Shown here one piece after another: positions 27,325-39,293 of a stretch of 64,000 bases of DNA. The position numbers were made by a program, and so were the translations under genes. Position 1 is the first letter of the stretch. Every line of letters begins with the position of its first letter. The notes below the pieces were generated by a model. The model had not been told where the DNA came from and made no database searches. It worked only from the letters and a program-made list of their open reading frames with translations. The DNA is from Octopus sinensis (taxonomy: Eukaryota): contig NC_043011.1 of NCBI RefSeq assembly GCF_006345805.1, positions 17,620,464 to 17,684,463 of the forward strand. Reading direction: 5' to 3'.

Positions 27325-27979
27325 ATAATATATATGCATAATATATTAAGAATATATTATTTTAGCAATACATTCCAGAAACTGGTGATCAACATACAAC
27401 TCAACCACCAACCATATTATCTATTCGAATCTGTTCAATTTTCGATAGCCGAATGCAGTTTTAACAATGCATCCACATTTTAGAATTTGCATTCCGTTTA
27501 GTTGAGAAGTTAACTCAGCGCGAAAAATTCTTATATCTACTGATCTTGCGACACAGAAGCAATCTGCACTGCAAAATCTATGCGTGTATGCTTTATCTGC
27601 AGTAAATAGAAGAAAATAATATAATTATTTTCAGATGCATCCGTTGTCGCTTGATGTTGACATAACCGATTATTTAAACACCCCGTCACCTATTATATAT
27701 CTTCCATTATATAAAATTAGTGTTATGTCATCAGAATTATACCACAAATATTTGTGTGCGGGTAAGAATGTGTGTATGTGAGTGTCTACGTTTGCGAGCG
27801 ATTTTATGTCTTCTGGAATCCGAGTTCTCTATAACAATTGTCATAAAGGCTGGATTTCGTAGCTGGTGGTGGTGGTGGTGGTGGCATCAGTTTTGTTTGG
27901 ATTGCCTCATGATCGTGATAAAGTTCCAGATACAAGACACGATTAAATGGATTTATCTCTCTCTCTCTCTCTCTCTCCC

Positions 27980-28013
<34 letters not shown>

Positions 28014-28356
28014 AATATATATATATATATATGCCGGTTAAATGTATTATATATATATATATGTATTCGTCTGTGTGTGTGTTTGTGTGTGTATGTGTGT
28101 GTATGTGTGTGTTTTATGTGAAAATATCTTCCCAACAATTTTGGTAAGTTCCTAACAACACTAAATAACGGTGTCATTGAGATCCAAAGGTATCAGGTAA
28201 TGCTGAATAAGTGCTATAGACAGACCATAGTTAAGTTCCAGATTCGGTAATATTGCGAATAAAGGGTTCTATGTCAGCGTGTGTATATAAGAATTTTTTG
28301 CATAATAAGATCAAAAAACAGGTTTCTGTAGATATTAGAGCATTTATAGATAGAAG

Positions 28357-28408
28357 GTCTTACAGCTGTTTCTAGGATATTTATTAATTATATCCCTTCA
28401 TCGGAGAC
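28357..28408 (-). ncRNA. Hammerhead ribozyme-like motif in Penelope-like pLTR fragment
   Basis: GTCT-CCGATGA-AGGGATAT(AATTAATAA)ATATCCTA-GAAA-CAGCTG-TA-AGAC. Stem I is GTCT/AGAC, stem III is palindromic, and position 4 is a U4C variant. Confidence 0.55.
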
Positions 28409-28544
28409 GGTGTGAGAGGATGGTTAAGTCATAGTTAGTTTAGATGTGATACAAAATAGGGAGTGAGGTGGAGGAAAGAAAATAAATGCAAGATATGTAA
28501 GGGTATTGAATTTGTAAATCCATTTTTTAGGCGATATTGGGGGG

Positions 28545-28784
28545 TGGGGACAAACACAGACACACAAACAAACACACACACACACAAACACACACATATA
28601 TATATACACATATACATACATACGACGGGCTTTCAGTTTCCATCTACCAAATCCACTCACAAGGTTTTGGTCGGTCCGAGGCTATAGTAGAAGGCACTTG
28701 CCCGAGCTGCCCCGCAATGGGACTGAATCCGGAACCATGTGTTTGCTAAGCAAGTTACTTACCACACAGCCACTCCTGCGCCTA
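28545..28784 (-). mobile_element. Family-1 SINE, 5' half, uninterrupted
   Basis: GGCGCAGGAGTGGCTGTGTGGTAAGTAACTTGCTTAGC...GGATTCAGTCCC. Confidence 0.8.
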
Positions 28785-29419
28785 TAGTCGATTATCCATA
28801 AAAATCAAATACGGATTTCTGTCATAGGAATCTGATTTTCTGGGCAATCCCATGTTAGTGTCAAATTAATCATGTAAAAATACTTCAACATATTTTCACA
28901 AATAGTACTCCATTTTATCAATTAGCAATTTTGTTTTTTACTGGACTAGAACTTTTATGTTATTGACTTGGTTTATATCTTTTAACCGATAAATTCATTC
29001 TGACTCAAACAAAAGTACGGTAGGTAACACTAAATATACATCTATATCATATATGAACATAAGATACAGTCTAAGGAAACGCACTTATAGCAGGCGACAC
29101 AGTCCTCTAAAATACATTCAAATACTGACTGTTGAATGCAATTTGCCCCAATCTGCTCCAATGTATTTATGTAAGAAAACAGTATTTATGATAAAACTTT
29201 CAAATTCAAAAAGTTTCTTTACTAAGCATATATTTATTCATTGGTGTCACGTGGCACTTACCATACGCTGGAAACCTGCTTTATAGAATTGCATCGATCT
29301 TAGCATTTGTTCCCTCAAGAGAGACGTTTTTCTCAGTACTTACCTATATAAAGAAGTGTTATTTCAAATTTCATAGATTTTGGACACAGAGATTAAACAA
29401 AATCTTCCAAGACTGTTTT

Positions 29420-29600
29420 ACAGAAGAGTGTGCTGAAAAGTTCTTGGCTTTGACTAGGATCAGTTAATTGTAACTTTATTTAACATATTCCACTCTCATA
29501 TTCACATATTTACTTTAGTGGTCCTCCAGTTTTTCTAAGCTATGTAAAAAGAGTGGCATTGTTGGGCTTAAATCCCAAAACTTTTCAACACCTCCTCATT
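29420..29600. mobile_element. Mariner-derived MITE
   Basis: TIR remnants GAGTGTGCTGAAAAGTT / AACTTTTCAACACCTC. Homologous to 18096-18319 and 45687-45905. Confidence 0.6.
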
Positions 29601-30397
29601 TATTTAAAGAGTATTGGAACAAGATGAGGTATATAGATCCTGGTCTTTGTATACATATATATAGATTCCTCTGAGTCTATCATTAATCAAAATACTAAGT
29701 AAAGATAGCATCTTTTGTATAAAAAGATAGACGTCTGTCCATCAAAAGACCAGTTAAAAATATTCATTCTCGTCTAACCAACGTAGAAATATTATAGTAT
29801 AACCAACATGTATGTTGTAGAACATTGGGTACTTTGAGAGAGTGAAGATGAGATGTGCATGGGAAAGAAAGAGAAGGAGAGAAAGGAAGAGAGGAAAGAA
29901 GAGACAGGAAGAAAAGAGATGAGCTTGCATTCACATACATAGAAAGAGAATTATGGATAATGCACCGAATTCATTTACAAATGATTAAAATATTTGCTTT
30001 GTAAGCAATACAAATTGCATCAACTGAATATAATGGATGATGTATCTTATTTAAATTAAAAGTGGATTCTTCTATGGTTCCAAATTATGCCCTTATGGAA
30101 ACAATTTCGTTTCGCAGTTTTAATGAAAATCGCTTCTCCATTAAAGTAATACGAGTGGAAATACTTTTATAATAAGACAACGGATAGAAATGGACATAGA
30201 CTGGATGAGAGAGAAAGAAAGAGATACACAGTATAAGACAGAGTAAAACAAATACAAAAGATAGATATGAGCTACGATAAATGTAAATATATACATACGT
30301 ATTTATATAATTTCACTCAAACACACCTATGTACATAGGGATATGGTCCGTTGATGTTTAACTATACTTATAGATACATGCATATATACATATACGG

Positions 30398-30512
<115 letters not shown>

Positions 30513-30560
30513 CATAGGTAGTTATTTATTAAGAATCATTATGCATGTATACAAATATAT

Positions 30561-30614
<54 letters not shown>

Positions 30615-33099
30615 GGGTGTGTGTATATACTTATTAACATATATTTATTTGCACATATTCTTATATACATTTGTAGTCACGAATGATTGTATATATCTGT
30701 ACGTTTATGTATTACGTATACACATACGCTTAGACAAATATATATATATATATATATGACATCTGTACGTATGCATACAAATGTATGTATATACGTGCAT
30801 ACATATGCTTATTCGTGTGTTTGTATGTACATATATATGTTTAAAATATCATCGACTTCTATATATATTTTAATATTTGTCTACAGATGCAATATGTGAA
30901 CAAATGCATATCGAGTTTTTAATGTACTATATGTGTAGGTGGTGTGTTATATGTGTATATTTTTATTTGGATTCTGTATTTGTGTATTAAAAAATAATAT
31001 ATTACCATAGTTACCAGATATAGTTTTGAAGACTTCTACAAGTTCAAGAGTAGCAATATATTTTTTATTGATTCTTAGAATAAGAGGAACATTGTATTTT
31101 TGTTTTTTTATGTTCTTGTATTAGTGTTATTTTGCTATAATTCTTTTACGTTATTAATTCTATCATCATCAACATCATCATGATTTCATTTTCAATTATG
31201 TTTAGAAGCAAAACGATTTTCATTTAAATTTCTGCTCGTACACATGAGGAAAAATGTCTCTTATGACTGAAGATGCAAATTAAATTATTCTAATGTTGTA
31301 TGAATCTTATTCATTACACACTTAGTTTCCTATTTCAATTTAACTTACGATTAAATTGCAACAATAAGCAGAAATTTAGTTTCAATTGATTTCATGTAAT
31401 TAATCGCATATTTCAAAAAATGAACAAACTCAATATTAATAAATATATTGCTCTTGTTTCAGCCCCCGGCCAATCGGATCGAGGAGAATTACGATAAGAA
31501 TTTGCTCGCTCCGGTTATTTTATCTGTGACTGCTTAAGTCAATGTCCCTTTTCCAATGTGTGTGAAGTGTAATTTCAAGATTTCACTAATATTTCTACTA
31601 CGTTAGAAGAGGTTCCCGTTGAACTGTCTTTGATTCGTGAAGTTTTAATTATATTAGTGTATGGGCGGACAAGATTAATTTATTTTGCTATCTTAAATAT
31701 TTTCATCCATTATCAGATAAAGAAATAAATCGTCAGAAGAAATGTAATTATTCTTCATAACGTGTAGAAGACTAAAAGATTGCAATCGATGACTTGTAGT
31801 GTTTGGTTATGAATCATTACGTTCTGAGTATACATGCTAGCGAAGTCAATGTTGACTTCAATACCTCTGTATCGTTAATATAATTACTAGTTCAATAATC
31901 TCAATGGTATCATCGGCTGGTACCACCATCCACAAAATCGAGAGAAATGGTCACCAGCAGATGGATTGAGCTGATCAAAGAAAGGTGAAGTCATTGATTA
32001 TTTCTTCATGGGTAAAGAAACAGTAACGCGATCCCTAAATCATCAGGATAGTATTCTCTTCTGAAATACTTCTCTCTCTCTCTCTCTATCTATCTATTTA
32101 TCTCTCTCCATCATTCTCGCCTTTAGAAGGAATCATGTCTAGCAACAGAGTTAATTCTATGCTGTAAAGTAGCAGCAACGAAGATATAACTAAGACTAGC
32201 CGTCCTCATAAAAAGGGAAACGAGACGAATATCATAAACCAGAAATTCATTGCTGCACGATGTTTCTCTGCTGGTTTCTTAGAATTAAGCTTTTATACAA
32301 GATACTAATGCGAGGAAAATAACACAGTTAATCAGGCTTTCGATGATGCATCTACTTTAACTATGATACCCTGATTGCTGTTTTAAAGTGATACTACTTT
32401 TCTCACACATTCACACATAGACACCGATATACCTACATGGGTTCATACATGCTTAACGTCATATACGTACTGCAGCAGCATCTCAAACGGAACGAAGGAG
32501 CTTAGCAAATCTTCTCAATGAATTGTAAACACGAAGATGAAAAAATAACGTATCAGGTTAGCGAATGAATTACTATTGAATGCCGACGATCTTATAAAAA
32601 TTTTATGACACAACGTTGCAACTAATGAAAACTGGGATAAGGTAATAAAATATACAATATATTGAGCTAGTCGGATCAAAAGACAAATGTTGGTGTTTAA
32701 ATATTTTAACAGCAACCAAATAAAAAGGAACCAGACATGATGCTGTTTGTAACAATATAATAAAATAAATGCTCAATTATGGAATATGAATTGTATGTCG
32801 TAGAATACGATGGGAAATCTAATAATTGAAAGGACTTCGTTACATAATTATTAAACTACAGATAAACAAGGTATGACGGGTCATAAATACTAGTAACAGT
32901 TTCAAATTTTAGAATGTGGATGGTGAAACAAATAATGACGAAAACGAAAAAAATATCCATACCTTTACATATATAAAATATATTTACATATATTTTACTT
33001 TGTAACATTTTGACTGAGAAAGTGATATATCATAGTAAAACGTCAAACTTCAGTCAAAAAGATAATATGCGCATACATTGCATAAAATGTATGCATATA

Positions 33100-33250
33100 A
33101 CACCTACAAAAATCAACATTGCTTGAAACTGCAAGAATTGTTCGCAGGGTTCCTGAAGCATGACCAGTAAACATGTGTCTCCTTAGTCTGCTGGATGTGG
33201 ACAGCTGATACTTTACATCAAATCCAGCAAAATGACCTGTGACTTTTCGT
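33100..33250 (+). mobile_element. Dong/R4-type (RLE) LINE 3' end, copy 1
   Basis: LQKSTLLETARIVRRVPEA*, then a short UTR, then (TAC)n/(TAA)n. Confidence 0.65.
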
Positions 33251-33278
33251 ATACTACTACTACTACTACTACTACTAC

Positions 33279-33315
<37 letters not shown>

Positions 33316-33516
33316 CATAATAATAGTAATAATAATAATCATAATAATAGTAATAATAATATTAATAATAGTAATAATTATTATTATTATAGTAATAATA
33401 AAAGTAATAATAATATTAATGATAATAATAATAATAATAATGATAATAATAATAATAATAATAATGATAATAATGATAATAATAATAATATAATAATAAT
33501 AATAATGATAATAATG

Positions 33517-33575
<59 letters not shown>

Positions 33576-33600
33576 AAGAAGAAGAATGATGATAATAATA
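33251..33600. repeat. Compound (TAC)/(TAA)/(GAA) microsatellite
   Basis: Directly visible. Confidence 0.95.
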
Positions 33601-34245
33601 AAAAAGAGGGGTAAGAGTAGTTATTGAATTCGAACACAGCATTAGAACAGATGAAAACAAATTAGCATGGTATGTAAAAAATGCCACAGAACCGTTATTA
33701 GTAGAAGTAAGAAGGTCAGGCTTTTGTGGGATGGAAGATTTCCAAGATAAAGCACAGTACAAGACATTGAAATCGAATGAAACTGAAAATAGTCGGGTAA
33801 AGAAATGAATGCATGGATAATTTCATAGAGATGTTGAAGAAAAGACAGACAGAGAAAAAAGATGGCTGTGGATGACGAAAAGTGATTTAAAACCGGAGAA
33901 CGGAGGCTCCAATCTGTGCTACATGGTATGCGATAAGGGAGAAATAAAAGTCGATATATATGACAGGTTAGCTTGGGAGTTTAAGCAGTTGTGGTCGCTG
34001 AAAATGTAGGAAGTAGTACCAATAGCCGTCGGATCCCAGGGAAGAGTGAGTAATGAATCTTGAACAGGGAACAAATAGGGGCTGCAACAAAGGGTGGAGC
34101 ACTTTCTGAAAGCAACGTTGCTTGGAACCGCTCGTATAATCCGGTTGTTGCTCGAAAAATAAGTTACCTTAGTTCACTAGTAGTGAACAGATGGCACCGT
34201 AGTACATCTCCAGCGTTTGAAGCTATGCAAAGACAATAAATAATG
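33601..34245 (+). mobile_element. Dong/R4-type LINE 3' portion, copy 2 (internally deleted)
   Basis: EHSIRTDENKLAWYVKNATEPLL, MHG.FHRD, WLWMTKSDLKPE, VVPIAVG, LKATLLGTARIIR. TAA-rich tail. Confidence 0.75.
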
Positions 34246-34494
<249 letters not shown>

Positions 34495-34850
34495 CAATAC
34501 CTGTTGTCATAGGTGCCCTGAGAATGATAGCAAAAGGTGCTGATTGCTACTTAACTCAGATACCAGGAAACACAAAAATGGCAGAAATTCAAAAGATAGT
34601 GCTCTTGGGAACTGCTCATATCCTACGCAAAATACTTTCTATGTAATCTCAAGTTTTAAAACAAACAATTTTCGTATGCTTTTTTAGACACTCACTAGTA
34701 TAACACTAAGTACAAAACCAAATATATGGCACCCTAGGCATAACACCAACACGAACTTCCAACTTGTTGTCTCTTGAGGTCTCTGGGTGAGACTTGGAGC
34801 CAGCTTGTCAAATGTAAAACAAAAGTCAAACATATAACAACAACAACAAT
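34495..34850 (+). mobile_element. Dong/R4-type LINE 3' end, copy 3
   Basis: IPVVIGALRMI...AEIQKIVLLGTAHILRKILSM*, then a 3' UTR and a TAA/CAA tail. Confidence 0.75.
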
Positions 34851-35408
34851 TGTGGTTATTGTAGTCTGGAAAACGAACATTATCGTGCACAAACTAACCA
34901 TAAGGTCGATGAAGTACTTGACTGTAGTATTATGAAGACTGGCATGAATAAATATGAATGACTAACAATGGCCATGGATACTGAAAACAATAAAGATCAT
35001 TCAAGTATATTGATTCCTTTATTTAAAAGAGACAATTTAATGAAACGCTTATTATCATTAATAAAATATTTGATTTCTACTCGATTTTCTAACACTTAGG
35101 ACAAAAATACCAATTGGAACATAGCAGGAAATGTAATCTCAGTTTGATCTGCTTCTCCGCCACATTGGGTACCATATTTAGCTGGATATACTGAGTTTGT
35201 ACTGATATATATCTACTCCACATATCATAAAATGCAACTATAAAAACATAAAATGCAATAATACACGCAATAAAAACTCACAGACGCACAGACGCACAAT
35301 ATAAATAACTGATAAAAGGAAACTGAGTGCTACTGCGCCAGCATTGTAAGCTTTTATATTATTGCACGCAAACTAAAGAAATCGTAACTAAGCATTAATA
35401 AGAACATT

Positions 35409-35847
35409 GGGATCTTTTCGGTTTGAACGGCAGTTTTTTAAAATAATTTCCACGTAACTAAACACTTTTAAACTTCGTATACTGGTAGAATGTGTTTATA
35501 AAACATCTTTTTCTCTTGGCTTTATTGAGAAAATTCTATACTTTGTAAGATATTTATTGTTTTTTTTCTTCAATTTCTGCAATTTCAACCAAGCACTGAC
35601 GTCTATGGAGGTGAAAACATTCTGTGCTGTATGAATATGTCCCTCGTTTAAGAAACAGATTGTGTTCATTTAAATTTGTGAAGAAAAAATATACCCTTCC
35701 GCCTACCCCTAACCCTAGTCCTAACCCTAACTAACCCTAACCCTAAAATAGATTGAAATGCAATAGATCGATACTAGGGTCATAATTATGGGCGACCATT
35801 TCATATGACAGCGCTAGAAAAAACTGCCGTTCAAACCGGAAAGACCC
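35409..35847. mobile_element. MITE with ~30-bp TIRs and internal (CCCTAA)n
   Basis: TIRs GGGATCTTTTCGGTTTGAACGGCAGTTTTTT / AAAAAACTGCCGTTCAAACCGGAAAGACCC. Telomere-like hexamers at 35707-35746. Confidence 0.85.
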
Positions 35848-36540
35848 GAACATAGATGATTAACAATCATCGGATATTAGACTACATATTTGAAAACATG
35901 AATAACTGAAAGTTGTTATTCCACTTTTGGTAATAATTTGTATATTTTCAACAAATAGACTAACCTTTTATCTTTTTCAATATCTTTATTCTAACTACTG
36001 CTTCTCATCATTCTCTTAAATGGAATATTATTTGTTTAGTGATATAAACCCGACGGCGTACACACGTTGTGAACCACTCTTTAACAGCTACTGCTTCGGT
36101 CCATACTGAATTAATATAAATGCAGCTTCAGTCACATTTTTTAATGAGGATCGCTTGAGATACTTCTGAAGGTAACGAACTGCCAATAGAGATTATAGAT
36201 CTAATAGAGAGAATCTCATTAGTTTCAATAGTTAGATTAAATATATATTTTGAAACAAAATATTTTGAAGAAAGCCGAGAGCTGAGGTTAATCAGAATTT
36301 ATGAGATATAGGGAAAACTATTGTTAGAGAGAACCGTTGAGACAGAGAGGAGGAAAGTGAAAGAGAGTGATAGTGAGAGGGACAGACAAAGATAAAAATA
36401 AATAGTGAGAGAGAGAGAGAGGATAAAGACACACATAGACATAGAGAGTGGTGTACGTACGCAAATGTCATGTTCAAGTATCTATACACTTACACATGTT
36501 TAACATAAACACACACACATATCGACATGTGTATATATAT

Positions 36541-36590
<50 letters not shown>

Positions 36591-36817
36591 ATATTTATAT
36601 TACTCTTTTACTCTTTTACTTGTTTCAGTCATTTAACTGCGGCCATGCTGGAGCACCGCCTTTAGTCGAGCAAATCAACCCCGGGACTTATTCTTTGTAA
36701 GCCCAGTACTTATTCTATCGGCCTCTTTTGCCGAACCGCTAAGTGACGGGGACGTAAACACACCAGCATCGGTTGTTAAGCAATGCTAGGAGGACAAAGA
36801 CAGACACACAAATACAT

Positions 36818-36892
<75 letters not shown>

Positions 36893-37047
36893 TATATACA
36901 TATATACAACAGGCTTCTTTCAGTTTCCGTCTATCAAATCCACTCACAAGGCATTGGTCGGCCCGGGGCTATAGCAGAAGACACTTGCCCAAGATGCTAC
37001 GCAGTGGGACTGAACCCGGAACCATGTGGTTCGTTAGCAAGCTACTT

Positions 37048-39277
37048 TATTTCAAAACATATGCCATAAAGGCAGTACACAGATTAAGTTAGCTTTGCGG
37101 GGTGGACGAGGACATTAATGAGGTGAATGATAATGAAAGAAAGATGATAAGGATGGGAGAAGACAAAAAGCGCCCGCCGGCTTTCGCTTCTCTAAAACAT
37201 TGTTCTTTTTAAAGATAAACACAAAACGAGGTATTAAACCTCTTACAATTTTTCCAAATTTTGGACTTAGTAGTCCATTATTAATACAAAACGAGGTATT
37301 AATCCTCTTACAATTTTACAATTTTTGGACTTAAGTCCATTACTAATAATACATATCGTCCTTGAAATAGCTTGTGCCCGCGCCCTCCACCATCAACCAC
37401 GCCTCCCTCAGAACGTAATCAAGTTCCGAGTTCGAGTCGCCCGGGACCAAGTTATAATCTTCATTGAGCTCCTTTAGCCCAAGCGTCACGTCGAACGCCA
37501 CGGCCTCCACAGCTACCTGCAGAGGCCATTCGGGGTCCTGTGTGAAGGCTAAAGGTGCTCCCTTGTAGTGCTCTTCCATCACTTTTTCAATTTCTCCTCC
37601 CTTATAGAAGAGAACCAATACGTTCAGTTCTTTCGTTGGCGGAACAGTTCCCGCCAACGGTATTCCTTCTCTTGTCGGTGGCACAACCCCAACCGACGTA
37701 GTTCCGGGACATTCCGGTGCTACACTGACAGCCGGTAATGTCCCGTTTTTCTTCCTCTTTTTCCTTTTTTTTCCCTTTTCAACTGAGTGAGGGTACGTCT
37801 CCTCCGTGGCTGGAAGATTCGCCTTCCTCTCCTCATCCCTATTATCCTTTGGTGAGCACCCATTGTTGCTCACCTTCCTCTTTCGGCCTCTGTTTGAGGA
37901 GTCCTCTGCTTTCTCGGCCGTTGTCGTTCCCTCTTCTAGAGGGGTTTTACTTAACTGTTCCGGGATCCTATTTTGTTCCCGAGGACAGTTCTTCTTTATG
38001 TGGCCGGATTCCAAGCACCGATGACACTTAGGGGGGCGACCCTCAAGCATCACCGGGTACCTGCACCCGGCCATTTTCAAAAAATCTGGAAGAACTAGAT
38101 TGGCTGATTGGGTCCACAGGGTCAAAATTGCTTTTGACCCAAACCAAGCAGTCGCAGGAAGAACTTTTACATTGAGGAGCTTAGTTTCGCTGTCACACAG
38201 ACCCCGGCGGATAGTCTCCTCTATCCACTCGGGTTCTATATCGGGTGGCAATGCGCATATCCAAGCTTTTATCAATTTCTTTTTTTTTGTACGTGGGCAG
38301 GAATAAGATTTCCTTACCCTCCAAGGGTTTGCTAGCAAATTTGCAAGCCTCTTCAGGGGTGTCAAATAGCAACCACACCGTTGCATATTTGACACCCCTG
38401 GAAATGAATTTAATTGTTGGCAAATACTCTTCCAACTCCTCCTCAATTGCCGTCTTTTCGAATAAGGCGATGGTGTCGAGTGCCTTGGAGTAGGTTCTCA
38501 ACACCACCGTCCTATCTTCACGGTCTTTTAACCACTTTTTAGGTGGTATGATTTTCCACTCCAAAATTTTGTTATTTTTCATTGCCATGTTTTTTTTAAA
38601 ATATATACAAATTAAACTCAAAAAGCAGGAACAAAAAAGTTCAAAAGTTCAAATAAAATTTGATGGATTTTTGAAAAAACAAAAAGGAGAAAGCACAACA
38701 GAAGGGAAGAAATCAACGGAAAGTCGCAATAAAGAAAAAAACAAAAAGGGGGGGGTTAAATGAAGTTCAAAAGAAAGTTAATAAACAGAAAAAAACACAG
38801 CAAAAATATTCTGGCCTTGCGGTACCCCCGGCCTGGGTTGAACCTGGAACGCCGCAACTGCAACACAACCCCCACAAAAATGGGTCCGAAAGGTAATCCA
38901 ATAGTGGCTTACTTTTATAATTTTTTTGCGAAGTAGTAGTTTTCACAATTCATAAAAGTTCTTCACAGCACAATACAATTCTCACAATTACGTGAGAAAA
39001 ATATTTACTCACTTTATCGAAGACGGATACGCCCACAAAAATTTTCTCAGCTAGAAAAATATATTTGCCACATGTCGGCAGAATCAGAATTCTGAATCCA
39101 GTAGGACTTCCTGCCTGTAAAAAACAATTCTCAACAAAAACTCCCACTGGACCCAGAAAACAGAATCTTACCTTACATGGGGCTTCCAAAGTTTTCAATT
39201 CAAGACGGCTTCAATAGCACATCTTCACCGCTTCAGTGCCAAACACAACACTGACTCGCACATGCGCAGAAGCAACC
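37048..39277 (-). mobile_element. Element A': ORF1-only retroelement (A-type body, B-type 5' leader)
   Basis: Highly similar to element A over 37048-38937. Near-identical to 41049-41393 over 38932-39277. Confidence 0.9.
37343..38588 (-). CDS. Tx1/L1-type ORF1 protein (~415 aa; RRM-like + CCHC), one apparent frameshift
   Basis: MAMKNNKILEW...TVVLRTYSK...FLPTY, then a poly-T slip (~38280-38288), then LIKAWICALPPDI...EGRPPKCHRCLESGHIKKNCP...DDMYY*. Confidence 0.8.
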
Positions 39278-39293
39278 GTTAGCAAAGCTACTT

